A DNA stretch of 63,801 nucleotides, counting the filler, from Licmophora abbreviata (taxonomy: Eukaryota), in the NCBI GenBank assembly GCA_900291995.1. It is 26 parts of 26 records of this genome, joined end to end, with 100 filler letters (N's around TTAATTAATTAA, not from the genome) between each part and the next. Parts side by side here need not be neighbours in the genome. Positions count along the whole stretch, not along the records: positions 1 to 6,085 come from OLMU01002165.1; positions 6,186 to 10,245 come from OLMU01002166.1; 24 more parts are not named here. The stretch is one strand, 5' to 3'. Made by a program: the position numbers and the translations under genes. Under the pieces are notes generated by a model. That model was given only the letters and a program-made list of their open reading frames with translations, was not told the DNA's origin and made no database searches. Numbering within the stretch: position 1 is the stretch's first letter; every line of letters starts with the position of its first letter. This document shows positions 1-8,001 of this stretch, in pieces.

Positions 1-975
1 GATCGTCCCGGCGGGGCCTTGGGGCGCGTCAGTATCGCCCTCTATCAGGCTCACAAGGCGCTGGGCCGCAACGCGGCCCATCATCTGGGTCAGCAGCGCG
101 ACTGTCGTCACTTCGGGATAGACCACGCGAGCAAGCAAATCGTCATGCATCGTCACGACGGATATATCGTCCGGCACCCGTTTGCCGAGAACATGCAGGC
201 GCGCGATCGCGGCGGCGCCGGTCAAAAGGGTGGCGGCATGGATGGCCGTCACCCCGGCGGCAAGCAACCGGTCGACGCCTTGCGGCACCCTTTCGGGGTC
301 ATAGCCCGCCTCGGCCACCAGATCCTGGCCCCGTTCAAGTCCCGCATCTTCCAGCGCGTCAGACCAGCCTTGCAGGCGCATTTCGCCATTGAACCTCCCC
401 AGGCGCCCGGCCAGATGACCGATGCGGCGATGGCCCAGCTCGATGAGGTGGCTCACGCCATTATGCGCCGCGGCGCGCGTGTCGATCGCCACGCAATTGG
501 GATCGCCGGGCAGAAACCTGTTCAGGATCACATAAGGGCGCCCAGTGCTGGCCAATGTCTGGCGCAGCTTGTCATCCTCATCAAAGCTGGCGATGATAAC
601 GCCTTCGATCAGGTTGACGTTCGACACATCCCGAATGATCGCGCTGCCATTCCCGCCACCGTCATAGGCCACGACCAGCGCGTAGCCCCTGCGCCGCGCT
701 TCGGCCTCGGCACCCAGAATGGCCGACGCAAAGATCGGATTTTCGATCTGGGGAACGACCATCAGAATTGTCAGGGACCGCGATGTCTTGAGAGCGCGTG
801 CGGCCGGATTGGCCTGATATCCGAGCGTATCGGACGCTGCCATGATGCGCGCACGCGTTGCGTCCGAAACGCGCCCCTTGTTCTGCAACACTCTGGACAC
901 AGTGGATATATCCACCCCCGCCGCTTGCGCGACGTCGCGAAGAGTAGCGTACTGCCTGCCAGGTTTGGCGTCCAA
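1..975 (-). CDS. LacI-family transcriptional regulator (3' end runs off the window)
   Basis: Not in the ORF track. Manual minus-strand translation gives the LacI HTH ATLRDVAQAAGVDISTVSRVL and hinge LGYQANPAARALKT, and a C-terminal YPEVTTV. Probable TTG start at 975 after GAGG. Confidence 0.88.
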   Translation of the reverse strand, partial: MDAKPGRQYATLRDVAQAAGVDISTVSRVLQNKGRVSDATRARIMAASDTLGYQANPAARALKTSRSLTILMVVPQIENPIFASAILGAEAEARRRGYALVVAYDGGGNGSAIIRDVSNVNLIEGVIIASFDEDDKLRQTLASTGRPYVILNRFLPGDPNCVAIDTRAAAHNGVSHLIELGHRRIGHLAGRLGRFNGEMRLQGWSDALEDAGLERGQDLVAEAGYDPERVPQGVDRLLAAGVTAIHAATLLTGAAAIARLHVLGKRVPDDISVVTMHDDLLARVVYPEVTTVALLTQMMGRVAAQRLVSLIEGDTDAPQGPAGTI

Positions 976-1521
976 GTTGCAACCTCAGCCGAAAGAGATG
1001 ACGACCGGGCACTCTTGCACCAGAGATGCCCGAGGCCCGCTTCGCAAAGCGTTGTGAGGGCAGCATAGGACCAAAGTCGGCGGAATTCGACTGAAAGAAT
1101 GTCACGCGCTGTCTGGCGCACTAGAGGACATGGCAAAACCGATGGCCGCTGGCGGCCATCGGCAGATTTCGAGCATGGACAGTTGCAGGTCAGATCAAGT
1201 GTCACTCACCGTCCCGAAGGATCAGGAGAACCACCAGCCTTCGGCAAATTTCTGGCCGTCCATGTCGGTATTTTTGGCGATGTCCCGGAGTGTGCCAAGC
1301 TCGCCACAAGATTGCCATGCTAAAGTCAGCTTGGCGCTCCAGCGAATTACAGCGTTGGGAACTTCGCGTGCCTTGATTTCGGCGTGGTGTCGTGTGGCTG
1401 TTCAGGAGCCTGCCGCGTCATGATCGAGTGGCTCGAAGGGATAGTTAACGCTCTGCCTCATAGTCAGCGCCGGCTTGATGATAGTGATCTGCCGGTTGGG
1501 CGTTTATGGCCCTCTGTGATA

Positions 1522-2787
1522 GGGGTGCCGAAATGTAAGCATGGCGCATCACGGTGACACAGCCGCTTTTTTCAAAGCTGTGTCGGGACTCGGCAAGATG
1601 AAATCGACCTTACCCGTCCTTCTGGTTTGCTTGGGTTGGATATTCATGCCGCGTGGCGGGTGTACGACGTGACAATTCCACCGAGCTGGCGCTTGCGGTG
1701 GATCGGACCATCGCGGGCGGGCTTGAAATCGACATGTAATACGTTGTTCCCGATGTCCCGGCCACGATGTGGGCGTTCAAAATTGTAGTGCCGCACCCAG
1801 GTTCTCAGGATGTAATCGAGCTGGGTCCGGCTGAAGCAGACGAAAAAGTCGAGGCATTCACGCTTGATGGTGCCGATGAAGGATTCCGCGAAGGCGTTTG
1901 CGTCTGGCGCCCTGTGTGGGATCTGGATGACCCGAGCGGCCTCAGACGCCCAAACGGTATCGAAGCTTGGGCTGAACTTGGTGTCGGCGTCGCGGATCAG
2001 GAAATCTGGCGTGATCCCCTGTTCAGTGCACCACATCAAAGTGTTGCGGGCCTGCTGGGTCACCCATGCCGAATCCGGGGTATAAGTCGGGGTGCTGCAG
2101 AATACGCGGCGGCTGCCAAGGTGGATGAACACCAGCACATAGGCCGTTCTTGGGCCACGCAGGGTAAACACTGTCTTCGAGAAGAAGTCGCAGGCAACCA
2201 TGGTTTCCATGTGGGCCCTAATAAATGTGGACCAGGGTAGGGTTGGCTTCTTTTTCTGCCTTTCCGGGCTAGGATGGATGCCTACCTCATTCAGGATGCG
2301 TTTGACCGAATTGGCGCCTGCGTAAAGCCCGAGCTTTTTCAGCTCGCCTGCGATCCGCTTGTAACCCCAGAGGAGATTTTCTGATCCAATGCGGATGACG
2401 ACGTCGCGCAGCTCTTGCGTCAGACGTGGCCTCCCGACTGCTTTGAAGGGGCGACCGCTGCGCATCTGGGTCATCCAGCGCTTGTAGGTTGCGGGCTTGG
2501 CGACTTCCAGAAGCCCGTCGACATCATGGCCGCATTCTTCCCCAATGCGGAGCAGTTCGGCTTTTTCGGCTGGCGACAGGATGATCCGTTGGGTCGGGAT
2601 GCGTGCCCGCAGGATCGTGATCTGGGCCTTCAGCAGTCTCAGTTGCGCGTTGTGCCGCGGCATGAAGAACTGATTCAGGAAGACCAGAAGGAGGGATAAG
2701 GTCGAATTCATCTTGCCGTGCTCCACTACGGCGTTTAAAAATGCCGCTATGTCAAGGTGATGTGGATTGCTTACATTTTGGCACCCC
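1522..2787 (-). mobile_element. Insertion sequence, single-ORF rve/DDE type, with ~60 bp imperfect terminal inverted repeats
   Basis: Left end GGGGTGCCGAAATGTAAGCA... matches the reverse complement of the right end GGGGTGCCAAAATGTAAGCA... The repeats enclose one transposase gene. No target-site duplication seen. Confidence 0.85.
1644..2711 (-). CDS. Transposase, integrase core (rve) domain
   Basis: HTH-like ENLLWGYKRIAGELKKLG; DDE motifs ACDFF, IRDAD, AESFIGTIKRECL; HYNFERPH. ATG at 2711, alternative GTG at 2726. Confidence 0.9.
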   Translation of the reverse strand: MNSTLSLLLVFLNQFFMPRHNAQLRLLKAQITILRARIPTQRIILSPAEKAELLRIGEECGHDVDGLLEVAKPATYKRWMTQMRSGRPFKAVGRPRLTQELRDVVIRIGSENLLWGYKRIAGELKKLGLYAGANSVKRILNEVGIHPSPERQKKKPTLPWSTFIRAHMETMVACDFFSKTVFTLRGPRTAYVLVFIHLGSRRVFCSTPTYTPDSAWVTQQARNTLMWCTEQGITPDFLIRDADTKFSPSFDTVWASEAARVIQIPHRAPDANAFAESFIGTIKRECLDFFVCFSRTQLDYILRTWVRHYNFERPHRGRDIGNNVLHVDFKPARDGPIHRKRQLGGIVTSYTRHAA

Positions 2788-3271
2788 GCTCAGGGAAGAA
2801 AAAAACGCCGTGGCGAGCTGATGCCCGCCATTAAGCCGGGGCAGGGCACCTGTTGAGGTATTTGCCCGCACGATGAGCCGCTCGATTGCGACGCGGTAGG
2901 CCGCTTAGTGGCGCAATGATACCCCTCCACCCAAGATAATTGAGCGCGTTTGGATGCCAGACCCATCCCGAAGCAATTGGGCTTCCAACCCCTAGTTCAG
3001 TTAAATTAAATCAATGGCTTAATGGGTGGAGAACGTTGGGTGCCAGACCCACTCCCTCCGCCCCAGAGCAACCGGTGACGCGACCGGGCGATCTGTGGGT
3101 CCTGACCGACCTTGAGGAAAAGTCTAAAAAAGAGATTTCAACGGTGTATCCGATGTGTGTTTAGACTCTGGTCGTTCTGCGCTGCAAGAGCCGGTAGATC
3201 GCGCTTCAAACCCCGCGCCGCGCGCCGCGTGTGCTGGTCGCGTGGATCGCATTCCGGTCAATTCAGCCGCG

Positions 3272-4120
3272 CTATCGGCTTGAGGTGTGGATAGCGCGAA
3301 TGTCCGCCCCCATGCGCCGCGAGATTTTCTCGGCCATTGCCTCCAATGATGTCACGATTTTCCTTTCCTCTTCGGATGTTAGGGCATCAGCGGGTATGCT
3401 GGCAGCTATGCCCGCAACCGGCATGTTCTGGGAATCGAGCACTATTTTGGCGTAACACCGCATGCCGTCTGAAACCTGTTCATTATCAATGGAATAGCCC
3501 AGTTTCTTGAACTGATTCAGCTCTTCAATAAGAGCGTCGAGACTTTGCACACTCGTGGGAGTCAGCGGCTCGGGCAGGCCGTCGGCGTAGAGTCGACGCA
3601 CATCGCTTTCGCGCATTTGCATCAGAAAAGCCTTACCCGTTGCGGTGAAAGCGGCAGGTAACCTCGCACCGACGCTGAAACTGAAGAAACCCTGATATTT
3701 TTCGGAATTCCGTACAGCAAGATACACAACGTCAGCCCCATCGCGGACTGACAATGTGATCGTTGCGCCGGGGAAATCTGAGTCTGAATCCCAGATCGCA
3801 ATGAACTCGTCCATCACATCGATAGATCGACTGAATGCGTTCGACCAACGCATCACGTGAGGTCCGATTCTGAAGCTTTGATCGTCGCGCCTCATGAGCA
3901 TTTCATGCTCGACCAAAGTTGCGCAGATTCCGTACGCCGTGCTTTTGGGTATTCCGACACGTCTGCTTATTTCTGAGATGGTAAGTCGTTCATCAGAAGA
4001 GGAAATCAGGTCCATGATCTGGATTGTCCGGGAGAGCGCCGGAACCAGACGCCGGGATTCTGATGGGCGCTGATTATCAACTTTTTCTTTTTGACTGGTT
4101 AGTTTTTTTAATTTGTCCAT
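3272..4120 (-). CDS. IclR-family transcriptional regulator
   Basis: VPALSRTIQIMDLI...ISEISRRVGIPKSTAY HTH; RLPAAFTATGKAFL and GYSIDNEQ...GMRCYA effector-domain motifs. Confidence 0.93.
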   Translation of the reverse strand: MDKLKKLTSQKEKVDNQRPSESRRLVPALSRTIQIMDLISSSDERLTISEISRRVGIPKSTAYGICATLVEHEMLMRRDDQSFRIGPHVMRWSNAFSRSIDVMDEFIAIWDSDSDFPGATITLSVRDGADVVYLAVRNSEKYQGFFSFSVGARLPAAFTATGKAFLMQMRESDVRRLYADGLPEPLTPTSVQSLDALIEELNQFKKLGYSIDNEQVSDGMRCYAKIVLDSQNMPVAGIAASIPADALTSEEERKIVTSLEAMAEKISRRMGADIRAIHTSSR

Positions 4121-4158
4121 TTGCCATCATCCGGAATAGCGTTCAGAGACGTAGGGAG

Positions 4159-4176
4159 TGTTCAGCCTATTGAACA
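4159..4176. promoter_or_regulatory. Palindrome, candidate IclR operator
   Basis: TGTTCA-GCCTAT-TGAACA, a perfect 6-6-6 inverted repeat between the divergent IclR gene and the operon. Confidence 0.55.
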
Positions 4177-4268
4177 GTTTGCGCGCACGTCAAGAAGGTT
4201 AAACAAGAAAGTTTCTACACCTGACGTTGCGTAAGACGTTCGAAAATAGCATGCGCTTAGGAGGGTGT

Positions 4269-4661
4269 ATGATGCCGATGAGTGTGCGCGATTGGGCGGT
4301 GAAATTCAGCGATGCATCCGACAATGATCCGACCATTGCAGCAATGGCGAAATACTTCACCTGCAAGTACTTGTGGGACATGGAGGATGCCTCGGTCATC
4401 GTCGAAATGGTCGATGGCAAGGTCTACAGCATAAATATTGATCCCGGGCCAATGGACCCCTGGGATTTCGCGCTGAGGGCATCGGCCCATACATGGCGCG
4501 AATTTTCGCGTCCGGTCCCAAAGCCGATGTACCACGGAATATACTCGGCAAGTTTCCGCAAGGACCTGAAGATCGAGGGCAATCACCTGATCCTCATGCA
4601 GAACCTGCGCAATTTCATCGTTCAGTTCGAACTGCTTCGCAAGATCGGCGTTCCGGTCTGA
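4269..4661 (+). CDS. Small protein, probable SCP2 (sterol/lipid carrier)-like fold
   Basis: AGGAGG RBS before ATG 4269; 130 aa; DFALRASAHTW and LKIEGN resemble SCP2-like motifs. Confidence 0.6.
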   Translation: MMPMSVRDWAVKFSDASDNDPTIAAMAKYFTCKYLWDMEDASVIVEMVDGKVYSINIDPGPMDPWDFALRASAHTWREFSRPVPKPMYHGIYSASFRKDLKIEGNHLILMQNLRNFIVQFELLRKIGVPV

Positions 4662-4700
4662 ACCCGCGGCGTCCGCGTACCCGCTCAAGAGGAGGCCAGC

Positions 4701-5549
4701 ATGGCAAAGCATTCACCAGTCATCGGACGCTACGTGACAATCGATGTTGATGGCTGTGAGTACAAGGTGTTCTACCTGCGCAACGGGCAGGGCATACCGC
4801 TGGTCTGTCAGCACACTGCCGGGTGTCACAACCATCAATGGCGCGATCTGCTGGAAGATGCCGAGGTCACCGAGAACTATGACGTCATCGCTTACGACCT
4901 TGCTCGCCATGGCAAGACCGATCCGCCTCTCAACCAAGAGTGGTGGAAGGAGGAATACAAACTTACCGCAGATCACTACATGAAATTCATCAACGCGTTC
5001 TGTGATGCTTTGGAATTGCGTAATCCGATTTTCATGGGGTCTTCGTTCGGCGGCAACGTCGCCCTGCAACTCGCCCTTTATCATCCGGATAGATATCGCG
5101 CGGTGATACCGGTGGAGGCGGCACATTATGCGCCCGGTTTTTATATCGACTGGTGGCACCATCCGCACGCGAACGCAGCGCAGGTTTGCGCCAGCGGTGT
5201 TTGGGATCTGATGGCCCCGCAAAGCCCCGACATGGACCGCTGGCTGACATGGCACTACTACACGCAGGGCTCGGAAACCTTCAAAGGGGACCTGTATTTC
5301 TACTCCGTGGACCATGATCTGCGTGGAAAGCTGGGTGGGATCGACACGTCGCGATGTCCGGTGGTGATGATGACCGGCACATATGACTATCTCACCCCAC
5401 CCGAAGCGACCGAGGAAACGGCCCGCCAGATCCCCGGCGGAATCTACATCGAGATGGAGGACATCGGCCATTTCCCGATGTCGGAAAATTACCCGCTGTT
5501 TCGGAACTACCTGAAAGAAGCTCTTCGTCTGATTGATGAGCGTAGCTGA
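4701..5549 (+). CDS. Alpha/beta-fold hydrolase
   Basis: GAGGAGG RBS; HTAG oxyanion region, YDLARHGK, nucleophile GSSFGG, GTYDYL acid, IGHFPM histidine. Confidence 0.9.
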   Translation: MAKHSPVIGRYVTIDVDGCEYKVFYLRNGQGIPLVCQHTAGCHNHQWRDLLEDAEVTENYDVIAYDLARHGKTDPPLNQEWWKEEYKLTADHYMKFINAFCDALELRNPIFMGSSFGGNVALQLALYHPDRYRAVIPVEAAHYAPGFYIDWWHHPHANAAQVCASGVWDLMAPQSPDMDRWLTWHYYTQGSETFKGDLYFYSVDHDLRGKLGGIDTSRCPVVMMTGTYDYLTPPEATEETARQIPGGIYIEMEDIGHFPMSENYPLFRNYLKEALRLIDERS

Positions 5550-5569
5550 GCACGTATGGAGAGACCCAA

Positions 5570-6693
5570 ATGAAGATCATTGAGTTCAATGAACGTGGTC
5601 AGCAGGTCGAAAGCGAGTCGCGCTCCATAACGCCGTCTTCAGGAACATCTTTCCTTGCAAAAAGCCCGTCCATCCCGAGCCGCCCCAAGGTGTCCGTTAG
5701 CGCGGGCGTCGAGCTTCACATGTTCCAGACGGGCACGCTTCGGACGCGCAAGCACAACATCAAGATGAACCAGGGTGAGGAAATGTGGGAAATACCCGTG
5801 CCTTGGTATCTGTTGAAACACCCCATGGGCAATGTGGTCATAGATGGCGGAAACGCGGCGGAGGTCGCAATCGACAAGCGGGCGCATTGGGGCGATGTGG
5901 TCGACACCTACGATCCGCATATGGGGCTCAAGGAAAACTGTGTCGAGCAGTGCCGCTCTGTCGGCGTGGAGCCCGAAGACGTGCGCTATGTGGTGATGTC
6001 GCATCTTCATCTGGATCATACCGGTGCGGTCGGGCGCTTTCGCAATGCCCAGCATATCGTCCAGCGCGCGGAATATGACTATGCGNNNNNNNNNNNNNNN
6101 NNNNNNNNNNNNNNNNNNNNNNNNNNNNNTTAATTAATTAANNNNNNNNNNNNNNNNNNNNNNNNNNNNNNNNNNNNNNNNNNNNGCGCTATGTGGTGAT
6201 GTCGCATCTTCATCTGGATCATACCGGTGCGGTCGGGCGCTTTCGCAATGCCCAGCATATCGTCCAGCGCGCGGAATATGACTATGCGTTCAACCCGCAG
6301 TGGTTTGCGGCGGGAGGCTATATCCGGGCGGATTTTGATCGTCCAGGCCTCAACTGGAAATTCCTCGGCGGAGAGATGACCGACAATTTCGATCTCTTCG
6401 GTGATGATGTGATCAAGATGATCTTCACGCCCGGTCATTCGCCCGGTCATCAAAGCTTTCTCATCACCTTGCCGAAAACCGGGCCCGTCCTCCTGACGAT
6501 TGATGCGGCCTACACGATGGATCACTTTGAAAACAAGGCGTTACCTGGCTTTCTTACATCCGCCCAAGATGCGGCCAACTCTGTCGCGAAGCTACGTCGG
6601 ATCGCCGAAAGGACTGGCGCCAAGGTAATAGCGGGCCACGACATGCGACAGTGGGAAGGCATGCTTCACGCGCCCAAGTCGTTCTACGCATGA
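5570..6693 (+). CDS. attM: AttM/BlcC-like N-acyl homoserine lactone / gamma-butyrolactone lactonase (metallo-beta-lactamase fold), ~306 aa after closing the gap
   Basis: HLHLDH Zn motif, HNIKMNQG, IDGGNA, TPGHSPGHQS, TIDAAYT, KALPGFL and GHD closely resemble Agrobacterium AttM as I recall it. 5983-6085 is repeated at 6186-6288 across the linker, so this is one gene. Confidence 0.88.
6086..6185. other. Artificial contig linker (first of 25 in the window)
   Basis: N44-TTAATTAATTAA-N44 puts stops in all six frames and recurs identically up to 62117-62216. Confidence 0.97.
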
Positions 6694-6742
6694 ACAAGAT
6701 GCTGCAAGCACGGGCTGGCAGCGCCACCAGGGAGGAGACCCA

Positions 6743-7918
6743 ATGAAACTTTTGAAAACCGCAGCGATGATTGCCGGATTATCGGTGATCGGCGCGATGG
6801 GGGCGCAGGCGGAGGGGCTCGACGAGCTGAACCCCGATGTCGTGGAGCGTCTCTACAACCCCGAGCTGCTGGACCCGATGCAGCCAATCGGCGCCAGCGC
6901 GTTCCGCGATTTCGTGGCGAAAAACCCCCCGCCATGGAAAATCGGCTATGCCAGCTCTTATGCCGGCAATACGTGGCGCGCGGGCGTCATGCAGGAACTG
7001 CAAAACGAGATCATTCCCGAGTGGAAAGAGCTTGGCCTGCTGGACGAGGTGATCATCACTCAGTCTAATCTCAATGACAGCACCCAGATTCAGCAGATGC
7101 GCCAGCTGGTCGATCAGGGTGTGGATGCCATTTTCGTGTGCTGCTCGAACCCGACAGCGCTTAATCAGACCGTGAAATATGCCTATGACAACGGCGTTCC
7201 GGTGTTTTCACTGACCGGCTATCTGACATCGCCCTATTCGGTCAATTCCTCGGTCAACTACCAGGTGGCCGGATTTGAACTGGGCAAATGGATGGCAGAG
7301 GAAATCGGAGGCGCGGGCAATGTTCTCGTCGTCGAGGGCATTCCAGGCACCTCCGGCTCCGACAGCCAGGACCGCGGTATCAAGGCGGGTCTCGCGTCAT
7401 ATCCGGATATCAAGGTCGTCGGTTCGATTGCGGGTATGTGGACTGACCAGGTCGCCCAAGGCGAGGTCCAGAAATGGCTCGCGACCAATCCGGGCAAACT
7501 GGACGGTATCGTGGTGCAATCGGCGGCTGAAATGGGGGTCTTGCGGGCCTTGCAACAATCGGGCCGCGCGGAGGTTCCGATCACCATCGGCGGCGAGCTT
7601 GGAGCGCTTTGCTACTGGCGCAACAATCCCGATTACGTGTCGGCTGTCTATCAGGTCTGGCCGCCTCAGAACGAGGTTCAGCTTATCTGGAACATCATGA
7701 TGCGTACGCTTCAGGGGCAGGGACCGAAGATCCAGTCGATCCTCGTGGACCCCATCCGCATGACCTATGAAGACATCGAAAAACTGGTCCCTGCGGATTG
7801 CAACGAACAGGATCCAGGCTGGCTGCGGGTTGCGCCCGAAGCCTGGGGTTTGGATTCGGCTTTCCTGGACGATTTCTTCCTGCGTCCGGCTGATCCCACC
7901 AAGTTTCTCGAGAAATAA
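6743..7918 (+). CDS. ABC transporter substrate-binding protein, sugar/ribose-type
   Basis: Signal peptide ending AQA; QIQQMRQLVDQGVDAI and VLVVEGIPG periplasmic-binding-protein motifs. Confidence 0.9.
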   Translation: MKLLKTAAMIAGLSVIGAMGAQAEGLDELNPDVVERLYNPELLDPMQPIGASAFRDFVAKNPPPWKIGYASSYAGNTWRAGVMQELQNEIIPEWKELGLLDEVIITQSNLNDSTQIQQMRQLVDQGVDAIFVCCSNPTALNQTVKYAYDNGVPVFSLTGYLTSPYSVNSSVNYQVAGFELGKWMAEEIGGAGNVLVVEGIPGTSGSDSQDRGIKAGLASYPDIKVVGSIAGMWTDQVAQGEVQKWLATNPGKLDGIVVQSAAEMGVLRALQQSGRAEVPITIGGELGALCYWRNNPDYVSAVYQVWPPQNEVQLIWNIMMRTLQGQGPKIQSILVDPIRMTYEDIEKLVPADCNEQDPGWLRVAPEAWGLDSAFLDDFFLRPADPTKFLEK

Positions 7919-7936
7919 GAGAGCCTGACAAGACAA

Positions 7937-7963
7937 GGCAAGGCCGCGTGAGGCGGCCTTGCC
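7937..7963 (+). terminator. GC-rich stem-loop after the SBP gene (mRNA-stabilising or attenuating hairpin)
   Basis: GGCAAGGCCGC-GTGAG-GCGGCCTTGCC, 11-bp perfect stem, no U-tract. Confidence 0.5.
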
Positions 7964-8001
7964 ATCTGCACCAAGATGACCTCCAAGAGTATCGCTCGGA
8001 C

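Noticed and set aside
19..1068. 349-aa plus-strand ORF
   Set aside because: Antisense shadow of the minus-strand LacI gene, which the ORF track missed because it has no stop in the window.
1522..2787. Tn3-family transposon, suggested by the GGGG ends
   Set aside because: The transposase is a ~355-aa rve protein, not a ~1000-aa TnpA; no resolvase and no 5-bp TSD.
5983..6288. Apparent duplication or two lactonase genes; similar duplicated flanks at 10199-10392 and in ureG, ureE, urtC, the peptide ATPase, the fnr-like gene and tamB
   Set aside because: Exact overlaps of neighbouring contig ends across linkers; merging them restores single reading frames.
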